Shown one piece after another: positions 1 through 10,148 of a DNA stretch of 64,000 nucleotides; within the stretch, counting starts at the first letter, position 1, and each line of letters begins with the position of its first letter. Below the pieces are notes generated by a model, which did no database searches, had not been told where the DNA came from, and saw only the letters and a program-made list of their open reading frames with translations. A program made the translations under genes and the position numbers. The stretch is from Rhodobacter sp. (GTDB lineage Bacteria; Pseudomonadota; Alphaproteobacteria; Rhodobacterales; Rhodobacteraceae): assembly GCA_020637515.1 (NCBI GenBank), contig JACKKG010000002.1, forward strand, positions 38,715 through 102,714. Direction: 5' to 3'.

Positions 1-715
1 CGGTCGATCCCAGCACGACCAGGCTGTTCATGTCGGGCGCGCCGTGCAGGAGAGCCGGCACCCCCGCGCGAAAGAACCTGAGCCCCGGGCCGAACAGCAC
101 CGCCGAGGTCAGCAGGAATTGCGCGATCCACAGCGTTTTCTGGCTGACCTGCGCATAAAGCCAATGGTGAAAGCCTGGAACCAGGTGGCCGCCCATCTCC
201 AGCACGAAGACGGGCACGGTCAGCACGGCAGCCAGAAGCACGGCGCGGGCCAGACGGGCCTGATCCCGGGCCTTTTGGCGGACGACATCGGCGCGGCTGG
301 TTTCCGTCGCCACCCGGGCCTCGTATCCGGCGGCGCGCACGGCCTGTGCCAGGCGTTCGGACAGACCGTTGAGTGCAAGATGGTGGATCGTCGCGCTTTC
401 GCCCGCCAGATTCACGCTGGCCGCGGTCACACCGGGCACCTTTTCCAGCACCCGTTCCACCCGCGCCACGCACGAGGCGCAGGTCATCCCGCCGATCGCC
501 AGCCGCGTCACATCCTCGGCGGCGGTGAAGCCCGCGGCCGTCAGCCGTTCGGCCAGGCGGGCGGGTTCGGCGGCGCCGTCCACGGCGACGGTGCCGGTCA
601 TCAGATTGGCGCGCACCCCGGTGACGCCCTCTTCGCGGCCCAGCATCCGCTCGATCCGGGCGGTGCAGGCTGCGCAGGTCATGCCGTCAACGCGCAGGGT
701 TTGGGTATCGGTCAT
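1..715 (-). CDS. copA: Cu(I)/heavy-metal translocating P1B-type ATPase, N-terminal part only (gene continues past window start)
   Basis: Not in the ORF track because there is no stop inside the window. My reverse-strand translation from ATG 715-713 gives MTDTQTLRVDGMTCAACTARIERMLGREEGVTGVRANL. A second motif, AIGGMTCASCVAR, is encoded near 460-500, followed by hydrophobic TM-like sequence. Two HMA (GMTCxxC) domains are diagnostic of CopA/ActP-type pumps. Confidence 0.85.
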   Translation of the reverse strand, partial: MTDTQTLRVDGMTCAACTARIERMLGREEGVTGVRANLMTGTVAVDGAAEPARLAERLTAAGFTAAEDVTRLAIGGMTCASCVARVERVLEKVPGVTAASVNLAGESATIHHLALNGLSERLAQAVRAAGYEARVATETSRADVVRQKARDQARLARAVLLAAVLTVPVFVLEMGGHLVPGFHHWLYAQVSQKTLWIAQFLLTSAVLFGPGLRFFRAGVPALLHGAPDMNSLVVLGST

Positions 716-742
716 CGGGACCTCCTGTATCCGGTCCTCTCT

Positions 743-774
743 CATATGAGGCTTCCAGTCACTGGAAGATCAAG
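743..774 (-). promoter_or_regulatory. MerR/CueR-type operator-promoter upstream of copA
   Basis: The minus strand reads TTGATC-ttccagtgactggaagcc-TCATAT. The dyad CTTCC-N7-GGAAG (752-768) matches the core of the CueR box CCTTCC-N7-GGAAGG. It lies in an 18-19 nt spacer between -35-like and -10-like hexamers, about 30 nt upstream of the copA ATG. Confidence 0.6.
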
Positions 775-782
775 GGGGCGTT

Positions 783-1295
783 TCAGATTTCCGTCGCCTG
801 CGACCGGCACCAGGCGACAACCGCCGCGGCGTTCTCGGGCAGGGGTTGGCCGAATCCCTGCGCAAAGGCCTGAAACCCGGGCAGATTGTCCGGTTTCAGG
901 CCCAGGACGACGGGCACGCCCTGCGAGAGCGCGTCGCCGATCAACGCGCGAAAGCCGCGACCCTCGATCTCGGCCTTGCCGAACTTGTTCACGATCAGCA
1001 GGCGCGGCAGAGGCGTCATCGTGCGCTGGACAAGCGCGACGGCGGTTTCCAGCCCCTCGGGGTCCAGCCGGCAACCCTGGCTGGCCTCGCCCAGAGACTG
1101 GCTGATGCGGATCACCTCGGGACGGCCCAGAACGCGCAGGTCCATGTCGCACCGCCGCGAGCCGGGGCGGTCGGTGTTCACCTGCACCACGCCCGCCAGA
1201 GGCCAGCCTTCGGCGGCCAGCGTCGCGGCGACGTCGGCCAGCAGCCTGTCGCCCGCGCCGCGCGCCCCGGCCATGACATACCCCAGCGCGCCCAT
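783..1295 (-). CDS. DUF2478-like (THEP1-like NTPase fold) protein, divergent from mobA
   Basis: Track ORF 783..1727 over-extends. The plausible start is ATG 1295-1293 (checked): MGALGYVMAGARGAGDRLLADVAATLAAEGWPLAGVVQVN...LLIVNKFGKAEIEGRGFR. The family is commonly found next to molybdenum cofactor genes. Confidence 0.7.
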   Translation of the reverse strand: MGALGYVMAGARGAGDRLLADVAATLAAEGWPLAGVVQVNTDRPGSRRCDMDLRVLGRPEVIRISQSLGEASQGCRLDPEGLETAVALVQRTMTPLPRLLIVNKFGKAEIEGRGFRALIGDALSQGVPVVLGLKPDNLPGFQAFAQGFGQPLPENAAAVVAWCRSQATEI

Positions 1296-1356
1296 GCGCC
1301 CCCCTTTGTTCCGGTTCGCTGCCCTGATAGCCTGCCCGCGACGCAGGGGAAAGACG

Positions 1357-1938
1357 ATGATCGCAGGGATCGTTCTGGCGGGCGGGCTGGGCACGCGGAT
1401 GGGGGGCACCGACAAGGCCCTGATGCCGCTTGCGGGGCGGCCGATGCTGGCGCACGCGCTGGCGCGGCTGGCGCCGCAGGTTCCGCTTCTGGCGATCAGC
1501 GCGAACGGCGACCCGGCGCGCTTTGCCGCGTTCGGCCTGCCCGTCCTGGCCGACGGCGTGCCGGGCTTTCCGGGGCCGCTTGCCGGCGTTCTGGCGGGCA
1601 TGGACTGGGCCGCCGCGCAGGGCGCGACGGCGGTGCTGAGTCTGGCGGCCGACACCCCGTTTCCGCCGGCCGATCTGGCGGTTCGGCTCGGCGCGGCCGG
1701 GTTCGCCATGGCCGCCAGCCCCGACACCGAGGGGCGGATGCGGCGTCACCCGACGGTCGCGCTTTGGCCCGTCCGCCTGCGCGAGGCGCTGCGCGCGGCG
1801 TTGTCGCGCGGGGAACGCAAGGTTGGCCGCTGGGCCGCCGAACAGGGCGCGGGCGTGGTCTGCTGGGATCAGCCGCCGGACCCGTTCTTCAACGTCAACA
1901 CCCCCCAGGACCTGGCGCAGGCCGAGGCCCGGGCATGA
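1357..1938 (+). CDS. mobA: Molybdenum cofactor guanylyltransferase
   Basis: Internal ATG 1357 of track ORF 886..1938: MIAGIVLAGGLGTRMGGTDKALMPLAGRPML. This is the classic MobA LAGGxxxRMG nucleotide-binding N-terminus. Length is about 193 aa. Confidence 0.9.
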   Translation: MIAGIVLAGGLGTRMGGTDKALMPLAGRPMLAHALARLAPQVPLLAISANGDPARFAAFGLPVLADGVPGFPGPLAGVLAGMDWAAAQGATAVLSLAADTPFPPADLAVRLGAAGFAMAASPDTEGRMRRHPTVALWPVRLREALRAALSRGERKVGRWAAEQGAGVVCWDQPPDPFFNVNTPQDLAQAEARA

Positions 1939-2777
1939 CACCGGACCGGATCGCCATTCTCGACTGGTCCGCCGCCAACCGGCCCCGGTTGGGCGCCGAT
2001 TCGATCTGGCTGGGGCTGGACGATGGTCAATGCTGGAATCTTGCGACCCGGGCCCTGGCGCTGGAACGGCTGCGCGCGCTGATTGCCCAGACCCTGGCCG
2101 CCGGGCAGACCCTGCTGATCGGTGCCGATTTCGCCTTTGGCTATCCGCGGGGTTTTGCCCAGGCCCTGACCGGCCAGCCGCGGGCGATGGCGGTCTGGGC
2201 GTGGCTGGCGCGGCATCTGAGCGACAGCGCGGACAACCGCTCGAACCGGTTCGAGGTGGCGGCGGCGATCAATGCGCGCATGCCGGGGATCGGCCCGTTC
2301 TGGTTCAACCCGACCCGGCGCGACATCGCGCATCTGCCGCGCAAGGGCCGCGCGCGCCGCGACCACGGGTTCGACGACCTGCGCACCTGCGACCGGCAGG
2401 CGCGCGGCGCGCAATCGGTGTGGAAGCTGGGCGGCGCGGGGGCGGTCGGCTCGCAGACCCTGACCGGCATCGCCGCGCTGGAGCACCTGCGCGGCGCCTT
2501 TCCCGGTCAGATCGCCGTCTGGCCCTTCGATCCGCCGACCCGCCCCGTGATCCTGGCCGAGGTGTTTCCCTCGATCCTGGGGGCCGAGGTGGCGGCCCGG
2601 CTGGGCCCCGGGACCGTCAAGGATCAGGTGCAGGTCCGCGTGATGGCGCGCGCGCTGGCCGCGCTGCCCACGCTCGCGCCGCTCCTCGCCCCGCCCCCGG
2701 GGCCGGCAGACGAGGGCTGGATCCTGGGCCTGGGCCACGAGACGGCGCTGCGCGACGCGCTTTGCGGCGCGCCGTAA
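1935..2777 (+). CDS. Conserved hypothetical protein translationally coupled to mobA
   Basis: Tail of track ORF 846..2777 from ATG 1935, with an ATGA overlap on the mobA stop: MTPDRIAILDWSAANRPRLGADSIWLGLDDGQCW. GC3 is strong in this frame and no Walker A motif is visible. I cannot name the family with confidence (possibly DUF429-like). Confidence 0.7.
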   Translation: MTPDRIAILDWSAANRPRLGADSIWLGLDDGQCWNLATRALALERLRALIAQTLAAGQTLLIGADFAFGYPRGFAQALTGQPRAMAVWAWLARHLSDSADNRSNRFEVAAAINARMPGIGPFWFNPTRRDIAHLPRKGRARRDHGFDDLRTCDRQARGAQSVWKLGGAGAVGSQTLTGIAALEHLRGAFPGQIAVWPFDPPTRPVILAEVFPSILGAEVAARLGPGTVKDQVQVRVMARALAALPTLAPLLAPPPGPADEGWILGLGHETALRDALCGAP

Positions 2778-2782
2778 CCGGG

Positions 2783-4426
2783 TCAGACCAGGCGCGAGAC
2801 CTCGACCGCGGCGCGCACGAAATCGGCGAACAGGGGGTGCGGTTTGAAGGGTTTCGACTTCAACTCGGGGTGGAACTGGACGCCGATGAACCACGGGTGG
2901 CCGCGATGCTCGACAATCTCGGGCAGACGGCCGTCGGGCGACATGCCGGAAAAATGCAGCCCGCAGGCTTCCAGCTTGTCGCGGTAGCGGATGTCCACTT
3001 CGTAGCGGTGGCGGTGGCGTTCCTCGATCCGGGTGCTGCCATAGACCTGGGCGACCAGCGATTCGCTGTCCAGCGCCGCGTCATAGGCGCCCAGCCGCAT
3101 CGTGCCGCCCTTGTCGTCGCCGACCTTGCGTTCGACGACATGGTTGCCCTGCACCCATTCCTTGAGGTGATAGACCACCGGTTCGAACCGTCTGGCGCCG
3201 CGTTCGTGGTCGAATTCCTCGGATCCCGCGTTCTCGATGCCGGCGAGGTTGCGCGCGGCCTCGATCACCGCCATCTGCATCCCCAGGCAAATGCCCAGGT
3301 AGGGGATCTTCTTCTCACGCGCCCATTGCGCGGCACGGATCTTTCCCTCGGTGCCGCGCTCGCCGAAGCCCCCGGGCACAAGAACCGCGTGGAACCCTTC
3401 CAGCACCGCCGTGGGGTCGCCCTTTTCAAAGAGCTCGGCATCGATCCACTCGGCCTTGACCTTGACCCGGTTGGCCATGCCGCCGTGGGTCAGGGCCTCG
3501 GCGATGGATTTGTAGGCGTCTTCGAGCTGCGTGTATTTCCCGACCACCGCGATGCGCACCTGCCCCTCGGCGTGGGTCAAGCGGTCCATGACGTCCTCCC
3601 ACCGGGCCAGGTTGGGGCGCGGCGCGGGGGTGATGCCAAAGGCGTCCAGCACCGCCTGATCCAGCCCTTCGCGGTGATAGGCCAGCGGCGCCTCGTAGAT
3701 GGTTTTCAGGTCGTAGGCGGGGATCACGGCCTCAGGGCGGACGTTGCAAAACAGCGCGATCTTGGCGCGTTCCTTTTCGGGGATCGGGTGTTCGGACCGG
3801 CAGACCAGCACATCGGGGGCCAGGCCGATGGATTGCAGTTCCTTGACCGAATGCTGCGTCGGCTTGGTCTTCAACTCGCCCGAGGCCGCCAGATAGGGCA
3901 GCAACGTCAGGTGCATCAGGATCGACTGGCCGCGCGGGCGTTCGTGGATGAACTGGCGGATCGCCTCGAAGAAGGGCAGGCCTTCGATGTCGCCCACCGT
4001 GCCGCCGATCTCGCAGAGCATGAAATCGACCTCGTCGTCGCCGATGCGCAGGAAATCCTTGATCTCGTTGGTCACGTGGGGAACCACCTGGATCGTCTTG
4101 CCCAGGTAATCGCCGCGGCGTTCCTTTTCGAGAACGTTGGAATAGATCCGCCCCGAGGAAATCGAATCCGTCTTGCGCGCGGGCACGCCGGTGAATCGCT
4201 CGTAATGGCCGAGGTCCAGGTCGGTTTCGGCGCCATCGTCCGTGACGAACACCTCGCCGTGTTCGAAAGGCGACATGGTGCCCGGATCGACGTTCAGATA
4301 GGGGTCCAGCTTGCGCAACCGGACGGTAAAGCCCCGGGCCTGCAACAGCGCGCCCAGCGCGGCCGAGGCCAGCCCCTTGCCCAGGCTGGACACCACGCCG
4401 CCGGTGATGAAGACATAGCGCGCCAT
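2783..4426 (-). CDS. pyrG: CTP synthase
   Basis: [19 protein letters not shown]-terminus, with glutamine amidotransferase half (GICLGMQ, HRHRYE). ATG 4426 checked inside track ORF 2783..4522. Confidence 0.97.
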   Translation of the reverse strand: MARYVFITGGVVSSLGKGLASAALGALLQARGFTVRLRKLDPYLNVDPGTMSPFEHGEVFVTDDGAETDLDLGHYERFTGVPARKTDSISSGRIYSNVLEKERRGDYLGKTIQVVPHVTNEIKDFLRIGDDEVDFMLCEIGGTVGDIEGLPFFEAIRQFIHERPRGQSILMHLTLLPYLAASGELKTKPTQHSVKELQSIGLAPDVLVCRSEHPIPEKERAKIALFCNVRPEAVIPAYDLKTIYEAPLAYHREGLDQAVLDAFGITPAPRPNLARWEDVMDRLTHAEGQVRIAVVGKYTQLEDAYKSIAEALTHGGMANRVKVKAEWIDAELFEKGDPTAVLEGFHAVLVPGGFGERGTEGKIRAAQWAREKKIPYLGICLGMQMAVIEAARNLAGIENAGSEEFDHERGARRFEPVVYHLKEWVQGNHVVERKVGDDKGGTMRLGAYDAALDSESLVAQVYGSTRIEERHRHRYEVDIRYRDKLEACGLHFSGMSPDGRLPEIVEHRGHPWFIGVQFHPELKSKPFKPHPLFADFVRAAVEVSRLV

Positions 4427-4564
4427 GCTGGAAACTCCCGTGTTCGTCGCAGCAAAAAGAAACGGATCACGGGAGTCGGGATATACCCCAAGTCCCGGCT
4501 CTCCGCAAGACGGACGCAACATGCAGCGTCAACGGACCGTCCGGCCCAAAATCTAGGTAATGGC

Positions 4565-4933
4565 TCAGTTGCCGCGCGGGGGCAGGACCGGGCTGTCGCC
4601 GGCCGGGGGCAACTGGACATCGGGCAGTTGCACATCGGGCGTCGCGGGGGCGGGTGCCGGCGCGGTTGCCGGGGCGGACACGCCCAGTCGCTCAAGCACC
4701 GACGTTTCCGCCGAATTCGAGGCCCCGATCACCGTCAGCGCCAGCGAGGTGCAGATGAAGGCCGCGGCGAATGCCCAGGTCAGTTTGGCCAGCCCCGTCA
4801 TCGGCGGGCGACCCGCCTGCGGGCCCATCGACCCGCCGATCCCCAGACCGCCGCCTTCCGACCGCTGAAGCAACACGACGCCCATCAGCGACAGCGCCAG
4901 GACAAGGTGGATGATCAGGACGACAGTCTGCAT
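4565..4933 (-). CDS. secG: Preprotein translocase subunit SecG
   Basis: 122 aa. [31 protein letters not shown] is typical of SecG. It sits immediately upstream of pyrG, a common synteny. Confidence 0.88.
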   Translation of the reverse strand: MQTVVLIIHLVLALSLMGVVLLQRSEGGGLGIGGSMGPQAGRPPMTGLAKLTWAFAAAFICTSLALTVIGASNSAETSVLERLGVSAPATAPAPAPATPDVQLPDVQLPPAGDSPVLPPRGN

Positions 4934-5010
4934 GGGGCGGCCTTTGCAACGGTTCGCGCCTATCTATGCCCAGCGGGAATAGGGTGCAAGCCCTTTGGCC
5001 GCGGCTTTGG

Positions 5011-5394
5011 TCAGGGCGCGGCCTCGCAAACGGCCGACAGTTTGTTGCCGTCGGGGTCGCGCAGATAGGCGGCGTAGAAATGCGGACCATAGGCGCGCAG
5101 GCCCGGCGCGCCCTCGTCCCGGCCACCATGGGCCAGCCCGGCGGCGTGAAACGCATCGACCGCCGCGCGCGAGGGGGCGACGAAACAGGCCATCGTGCCG
5201 TTGCCCGCGCTGGCCGGCCGCCCGTCATACGGCGCGTTGATCCAGAAATCGCAGTGATCCGCGCCCGGCCGGCCATAGCCGCAGCCGTTCGGGTCGGTTT
5301 CCAGCCGCGCATAGCCCAGCGCGCCCAGAACCGGATCGTAGAACCGCGCCGCGCGCGCCGGATCGTCGGTGCCAAAGGTCAGGTAACCGAGCAT
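5011..5394 (-). CDS. VOC/glyoxalase-family protein
   Basis: 127 aa. [11 protein letters not shown] and [14 protein letters not shown] segments are typical of the glyoxalase/bleomycin-resistance fold. ATG 5394 checked. Confidence 0.8.
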   Translation of the reverse strand: MLGYLTFGTDDPARAARFYDPVLGALGYARLETDPNGCGYGRPGADHCDFWINAPYDGRPASAGNGTMACFVAPSRAAVDAFHAAGLAHGGRDEGAPGLRAYGPHFYAAYLRDPDGNKLSAVCEAAP

Positions 5395-5400
5395 CGCGGG

Positions 5401-5799
5401 TCACACCTCGTCCACGTCATCCACATCTGCCTGCCCGCTGATTCGCCGTCTCAGGATCGACCAGCTCAGCCCGATCCCCAGCACCAGCGAGGCCGCGACG
5501 ATCCCCAGCCACTGGTTCATCACGGGATTGTCGGCCCTGAGCACCCCCCAATCGACCAGCACCCAGATCAGCGCCGCGAACACCGCCGCCACCAGCGCCA
5601 TGCCGATCGGCCCGATCGAGCGCAGCGTGGCGCGCAGGTAGACGATATAGCCGACCGCCAGCAGCAACCCGCCCAGAACGGCCAGCGGCATCTGCGCCTG
5701 CCAGTTCCGCTCGGCCCAGCGCAGGTAGTTCCACGACGTCGGGTTCCAGGTCAGCGCCAGCAACACGAAGGCGATCGCCCAGCGGGAAAGAATGGCCAT
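5401..5799 (-). CDS. Small integral membrane protein (about 4 TM, DUF-type)
   Basis: Tail of track ORF 5401..7374 from ATG 5799 (checked): [33 protein letters not shown]. It has four hydrophobic segments and an acidic C-terminus. Confidence 0.7.
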   Translation of the reverse strand: MAILSRWAIAFVLLALTWNPTSWNYLRWAERNWQAQMPLAVLGGLLLAVGYIVYLRATLRSIGPIGMALVAAVFAALIWVLVDWGVLRADNPVMNQWLGIVAASLVLGIGLSWSILRRRISGQADVDDVDEV

Positions 5800-5967
5800 G
5801 CGGGGGCTCCTTGTCCGGTTCGTTCCCTTCGTGCCAACTGCCGGCGCCCCTGTCCAGAGCGGGCTTTGCGCCCGCCTCGGGCCCGGTGGGGCGAAAAGAC
5901 TGTTTCGCTGCACCGCACACATCGCTATAGAACGCTCGGCTTCAGCAAACCGGGAAGGATTCCTGTC

Positions 5968-7266
5968 ATGGCCAATGTTGTTGTCGTGGGCGCCCAGTGG
6001 GGCGACGAGGGCAAAGGCAAGATCGTCGATTGGCTCAGTGAGCGCGCGGATGTGATCGCGCGGTTCCAGGGCGGGCACAACGCCGGCCACACGCTGGTCA
6101 TCGATGGCAAGGTCTACAAGCTCAACGCGCTGCCCTCGGGCGTGGTGCGCGGCGGCAAACTGTCGGTCATCGGCAACGGCGTGGTTCTGGACCCCTGGCA
6201 CCTGGTGACCGAGATCGCCAAGATCCGTGAACAGGGCGTCGAGATCAGTCCCGAAACGCTGATGATCGCCGAGAACACGCCGCTGATCATGCCCTATCAC
6301 GGCGAGTTGGACCGCGCGCGCGAGGCCTCGGCCGCCGACAGCAAGGCCAAGATCGGCACCACCGGGCGCGGTATCGGCCCGGCCTATGAGGACAAGGTCG
6401 GCCGCCGGGTGATCCGCGTGGCGGATCTGGCCGACCCGGCGACGCTGGAACTGCGCGTGGACCGCGCGCTGATGCATCACAACCCGCTGCGCGCCGGTCT
6501 GGGGCTGGAGCCGATCGACCGTGACGCCACCGTGGCGATGCTGAACGCGATCGCGCCGCAGATCCTGCCCTATGCGGCCCCGGTCTGGAAGGTGATGAAC
6601 GACATGCGCCGCGCCGGCAAACGCATCCTGTTCGAGGGCGCGCAGGGATCGCTTCTGGATATCGACTTCGGCACCTACCCCTATGTCACCTCGTCGAACG
6701 TGATCGCCGGTCAGGCCGCGACCGGCGTGGGCATGGGACCGAACGCGATCGATTTCGTGCTGGGCATCGTCAAGGCCTATACCACCCGCGTGGGCGAGGG
6801 CCCCTTCCCCACCGAATTGTTCGACGCCGATGGCGAGCGTCTGGGCACCCGCGGGCATGAATTCGGCACCGTCACCGGCCGCAAGCGCCGCTGCGGCTGG
6901 TTCGACGCCGCGCTGGTTCGCCAGACCTGCGCGATTTCCGGCATCAACGGCATCGCGCTGACCAAGCTCGACGTGCTCGACGGGTTCGAGACGCTGAAGA
7001 TCTGCGTCGGCTATGCACTGGACGGGCAGCGGCTGGACTATCTGCCCACCGCCGCCGACCAGCAGGCGCGCTGCACCCCGATCTACGAGGAGATCGAGGG
7101 CTGGTCGCAATCGACCGAGGGTGCGCGCAGCTGGGCCGACCTGCCAGGCGCGGCGATCAAGTATGTCCGCCGGATCGAGGAGTTGATCCAGTGCCCCGTG
7201 GCGCTGCTCTCGACCTCGCCCGAGCGCGAAGACACGATCCTTGTCACCGACCCGTTCGCGGACTGA
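5968..7266 (+). CDS. purA: Adenylosuccinate synthetase
   Basis: [24 protein letters not shown]-loop N-terminus, about 432 aa. ATG 5968 checked inside track ORF 4966..7266. Confidence 0.97.
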   Translation: MANVVVVGAQWGDEGKGKIVDWLSERADVIARFQGGHNAGHTLVIDGKVYKLNALPSGVVRGGKLSVIGNGVVLDPWHLVTEIAKIREQGVEISPETLMIAENTPLIMPYHGELDRAREASAADSKAKIGTTGRGIGPAYEDKVGRRVIRVADLADPATLELRVDRALMHHNPLRAGLGLEPIDRDATVAMLNAIAPQILPYAAPVWKVMNDMRRAGKRILFEGAQGSLLDIDFGTYPYVTSSNVIAGQAATGVGMGPNAIDFVLGIVKAYTTRVGEGPFPTELFDADGERLGTRGHEFGTVTGRKRRCGWFDAALVRQTCAISGINGIALTKLDVLDGFETLKICVGYALDGQRLDYLPTAADQQARCTPIYEEIEGWSQSTEGARSWADLPGAAIKYVRRIEELIQCPVALLSTSPEREDTILVTDPFAD

Positions 7267-7269
7267 ACC

Positions 7270-7515
7270 ATGGCCCTGTCCTACAAAGCGCGCCGCCGCT
7301 GGTCCCTGTTCGTGCTGGTGGTCGCCCTGCCGGCCTATATCGTTGTCGCGGTCAGCCTCATGGGGTTGGCGCAACGGCTGTTCGGGCGGCCCCCGATCCT
7401 GGCCGAGCTGGCGATCTACGTGGGCCTGGGCGTGCTTTGGGCGTTCCCGCTGAAGGCGGTGTTCAAGGGCGTCGGCCAGGCGGACCCCGCCGAATCCGGC
7501 AGGAACGGGGACTAG
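7270..7515 (+). CDS. Small two-TM membrane protein (DUF2842-like)
   Basis: 81 aa ORF 3 nt after purA. It has basic N-terminus and two hydrophobic helices. Confidence 0.7.
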   Translation: MALSYKARRRWSLFVLVVALPAYIVVAVSLMGLAQRLFGRPPILAELAIYVGLGVLWAFPLKAVFKGVGQADPAESGRNGD

Positions 7516-7549
7516 ACCCCGCCGCCCGCGCCGCGCCGCCCGTCAGCGA

Positions 7550-7577
7550 AAAAGGCACCGCCTGCGCGGTGCCTTTT
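7550..7577. terminator. Bidirectional intrinsic terminator between convergent genes
   Basis: AAAAGGCACCGC-ctgc-GCGGTGCCTTTT: perfect 12-bp stem flanked by an A-run and a T-run, so it is usable on both strands. Confidence 0.65.
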
Positions 7578-7612
7578 GTCGTTTCCGGGGGCCCTGTCCA
7601 GGGTCCGGCGGG

Positions 7613-10012
7613 TCAGCCCTGCGCAAAGCGGCGGGCCTGCTCGCCGAATTCCGAATCGCGCGACAGTTCGAATTGCCCCCGGCGCGAGCGTTGCATCGTG
7701 CCCTGCCGCATCAGCGTGCCAAAGGTGCGCAGCAGGTTCTCGCGCGAGCGGGTCATCGGCTGGCCGGTCGCCACGACGTGACGCATGACCTGCGGGCGCG
7801 TGAATTCCTCCAGCCCCTCGACATGCGTGACATAGGCAGCCGCGGCCTCGGTCAGTTCGGCCAGCGTGGTCAGGTGCATCGGCCCCACGAAATCGGTGAA
7901 GGCCTTGCCGCGCGGGGCGGCGGGCGCGGGCGTGTCCTCGTCGAAGAGTTCCTCCATCGCCAGCGCACCCGTGGCGATCCGGCGCGGACGGACGGCCTCG
8001 GCCTCGCTTTGGGCGGGGCGGTCGATGCGCTGTTCGCTGACCAGCACCAGGGGCGGCTGGGCGTTGCGCGGCCGTTCGGTGCGTTGGGCCTGGGGCCGGC
8101 TGGGGCGCCGCGGCGTGCCATCGTCGCTGCCCTCGGCCGCCGGGCGGCGCACGGTGCGTTCCAGATCCTGGCGATAGCGGGCGATCTCGGCGCGTTCCTC
8201 GTCCTCGGGATTGCGCGCGGCGCCGGCCTCTTCGTCGGCACGGGTCGCCACGACCGCGGCCTTGAGGTGCGAGATGGTCGATTGCCGGCGCTGGGCCTCG
8301 GCCCCGGACAGGTGCGAATCGGCCTCGGTGATGAGCCGATCCATCGAGGCATCCGCCTCGCTGTTCAGCGCGGCGCGGCGCAGGCGCTCGGCCCGGCGCT
8401 GGGCCTCGGCGTCGCGTTCGACCGCCGCCAGTTCGGCGACCAGTCCGGCCTCGTCCTCGGCGCCCAAGCCGGTGTCGCCCAGGGCCTCGACGACGCGGCG
8501 CTCGATCGCGGCCTCGTCGATCTCGTCCTCGGCGATCAGGTCGCGCGGATCGGCCGAGTCGTCGTCCTCGTCGGCCAGATCCTCGGCCACCCCGGACCTT
8601 GCGGCGGCGGTATCCTCGACGGAACCGGCATCGGCAAAGGCGGCCAGCGCGGCGCGCACGGTGTCTTGCGTATCGGTCTGCGGGGCGGCTTCGGTCGCCG
8701 GGGTGGGCGACGTCGGGGCCAGGGCGGCGGCGGCTTCCGGGGTCGCGGCCGCAACCGCCGCCAGAAGCGCCGCTTCGGACAGGCCGTCGGTGCGTTCCGG
8801 CGCCTGGCGCGCCGCCTCGGTCGCCGGAGCGGCGGCACCAGGCGCGGCCTGTTCGCGGGCTTGCGGTTGGGCCGCGGTCTGGGCAGGCGTCTGGGCCAGC
8901 GTCTGGGCCGGGGCCGCGGGCTGCCCGGGACGGACGACCACCACGCGGCGACGCGGGGCCGCCGGCTGTTCAGCGTCAGCGGCGGGCTGCGCGCCGCGCT
9001 CGGCATTGCGGCGGGCGATATCCGCGCGGACCGACTCTTCCAGGCGGCGCCGTTCGGCGGCCAGCCGATCGCTGTCGGCGTCGCGGAAAGGTTCGGGCTG
9101 CGCCTCGGTGGTGCCCTCGTCCGCGAGATCGTCCGAGGTGGCCGGCGCCACAGCCCGGGCGGCCTCCTCGGCGGCGAGGCGTTCAGCCTCAACACGGGCG
9201 GCCTCCTCGGCGGCGAGGCGTTCGGCCTCAACCCGGGTGGCTTCCTCAGCGGCGGCGCGCTCGGCTTCAACCCGGGCGGCCTCCTCAGCGGCGGCGCGCT
9301 CGGCTTCAACCCGGGCGGCCTCCTCGGCGGCGAGGCGTTCAGCCTCAACACGGGCGGCCTCCTCGGCGGCGGCGCGCTCGGCTTCAAACCGGGCGGCTTC
9401 CTCGGCGGCGAGGCGTTCGGATTCGACAATGGTGTCTTCGGGGGTTTCTTCGGGCGCGTGCATCAGCGTCGCGACGGGCTCGTCGTCGTCGCTGGTCTCG
9501 AAGGCGCGGACCTGGGCGACGGCGGCGCGGATGCGTTGCAGTTTGGCCGAGATACCGCTCAGCGCCGCGCCATCGTCTGCCGCGTCGTCGGCGGGGAGGG
9601 CGGCGGCGAGGGCGGCGGCAGGCACGACCGGGGCGGCTGCGACGGCCGCGTCGGCGCCAGCCCGCACGGCGTTGCGGGCGTGGGACCGACCGCCGCGCAC
9701 ATCGGCATGTCTCTCAGCGGGGATCCCGGCCTGCGCCGCCCCCTCGGCGTCGGAGTCGATCTGCGGGCGCAGTATGACGCCGTTGTCCTCGATCTTGGCA
9801 TCGACGCGGCGCTTGATCTCGCGCTCGGCGATGCGGTGCAGCATTTCGGCGTCGGGCGTCGGCGGCTCGGCCCCGAAATACCGGTCCTCGGCGGCCAGAT
9901 CGCGGAAATACTCGGCAATCGCCTTCATCGTGTCGAACGGCTCGTCGAACCCTTCGAGCGTGCACGAGAAAGTGCCATAAGACACCGTCAGGATTTTGTT
10001 CGGACCGACCAT
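7613..10012 (-). CDS. Large acidic Ala/Glu-rich repeat protein of unknown function
   Basis: 799 aa from ATG 10012 (checked) within track ORF 7613..10288. The N-terminal block is [48 protein letters not shown] long low-complexity A/E/D/R region with 13-aa tandem repeats follows. The C-terminal block is [42 protein letters not shown]...QFELS. No signal peptide or TM segment seen. Confidence 0.8.
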   Translation of the reverse strand: MVGPNKILTVSYGTFSCTLEGFDEPFDTMKAIAEYFRDLAAEDRYFGAEPPTPDAEMLHRIAEREIKRRVDAKIEDNGVILRPQIDSDAEGAAQAGIPAERHADVRGGRSHARNAVRAGADAAVAAAPVVPAAALAAALPADDAADDGAALSGISAKLQRIRAAVAQVRAFETSDDDEPVATLMHAPEETPEDTIVESERLAAEEAARFEAERAAAEEAARVEAERLAAEEAARVEAERAAAEEAARVEAERAAAEEATRVEAERLAAEEAARVEAERLAAEEAARAVAPATSDDLADEGTTEAQPEPFRDADSDRLAAERRRLEESVRADIARRNAERGAQPAADAEQPAAPRRRVVVVRPGQPAAPAQTLAQTPAQTAAQPQAREQAAPGAAAPATEAARQAPERTDGLSEAALLAAVAAATPEAAAALAPTSPTPATEAAPQTDTQDTVRAALAAFADAGSVEDTAAARSGVAEDLADEDDDSADPRDLIAEDEIDEAAIERRVVEALGDTGLGAEDEAGLVAELAAVERDAEAQRRAERLRRAALNSEADASMDRLITEADSHLSGAEAQRRQSTISHLKAAVVATRADEEAGAARNPEDEERAEIARYRQDLERTVRRPAAEGSDDGTPRRPSRPQAQRTERPRNAQPPLVLVSEQRIDRPAQSEAEAVRPRRIATGALAMEELFDEDTPAPAAPRGKAFTDFVGPMHLTTLAELTEAAAAYVTHVEGLEEFTRPQVMRHVVATGQPMTRSRENLLRTFGTLMRQGTMQRSRRGQFELSRDSEFGEQARRFAQG
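9146..9418 (-). repeat. In-frame 39-nt tandem repeat, about 7 copies (13-aa unit ER[LA][10 protein letters not shown])
   Basis: The plus strand shows ggcggcctcctcggcggcgaggcgttcagcctcaacacg-like units back to back. They translate to [91 protein letters not shown]. Confidence 0.9.
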
Positions 10013-10148
10013 ACGCTTAAGTCCCCTATTACTTTCAAGCCCGACAGTGCCTGCCTCAGGGTGCGCCAGTATGAAACGCGCAAGGTAATTTCTTGATCGG
10101 ATTGTGGCGCAGCTTGCCTTCCCGCGCCGCAATTGACAAGAAAACCCT

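Noticed and set aside
4430-4480. 9-bp inverted repeat ACTCCCGTG...CACGGGAGT with a 33-nt loop in the pyrG leader, as a possible pyrimidine-responsive attenuator.
   Set aside because: The loop is long, there is no U-tract and no recognisable reiterative-transcription motif. It cannot be supported without comparative data.
1823-5068. 1081-aa plus-strand ORF antisense to pyrG and secG.
   Set aside because: It is an Arg/Gly/Ala/Pro-rich shadow ORF typical of high-GC DNA and lies opposite unmistakable pyrG. No recognisable motifs. The same reasoning applies to 17626..20703, 43876..47628, 7673..10096, 22950..24902, 60313..62613 and most other long track ORFs antisense or out of frame to recognised genes.
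9146-9418. Regularly spaced 39-nt repeats that might be mistaken for a CRISPR array.
   Set aside because: The units abut directly with no spacers. They are in frame inside a long ORF and encode a 13-aa peptide repeat. No cas genes are present.
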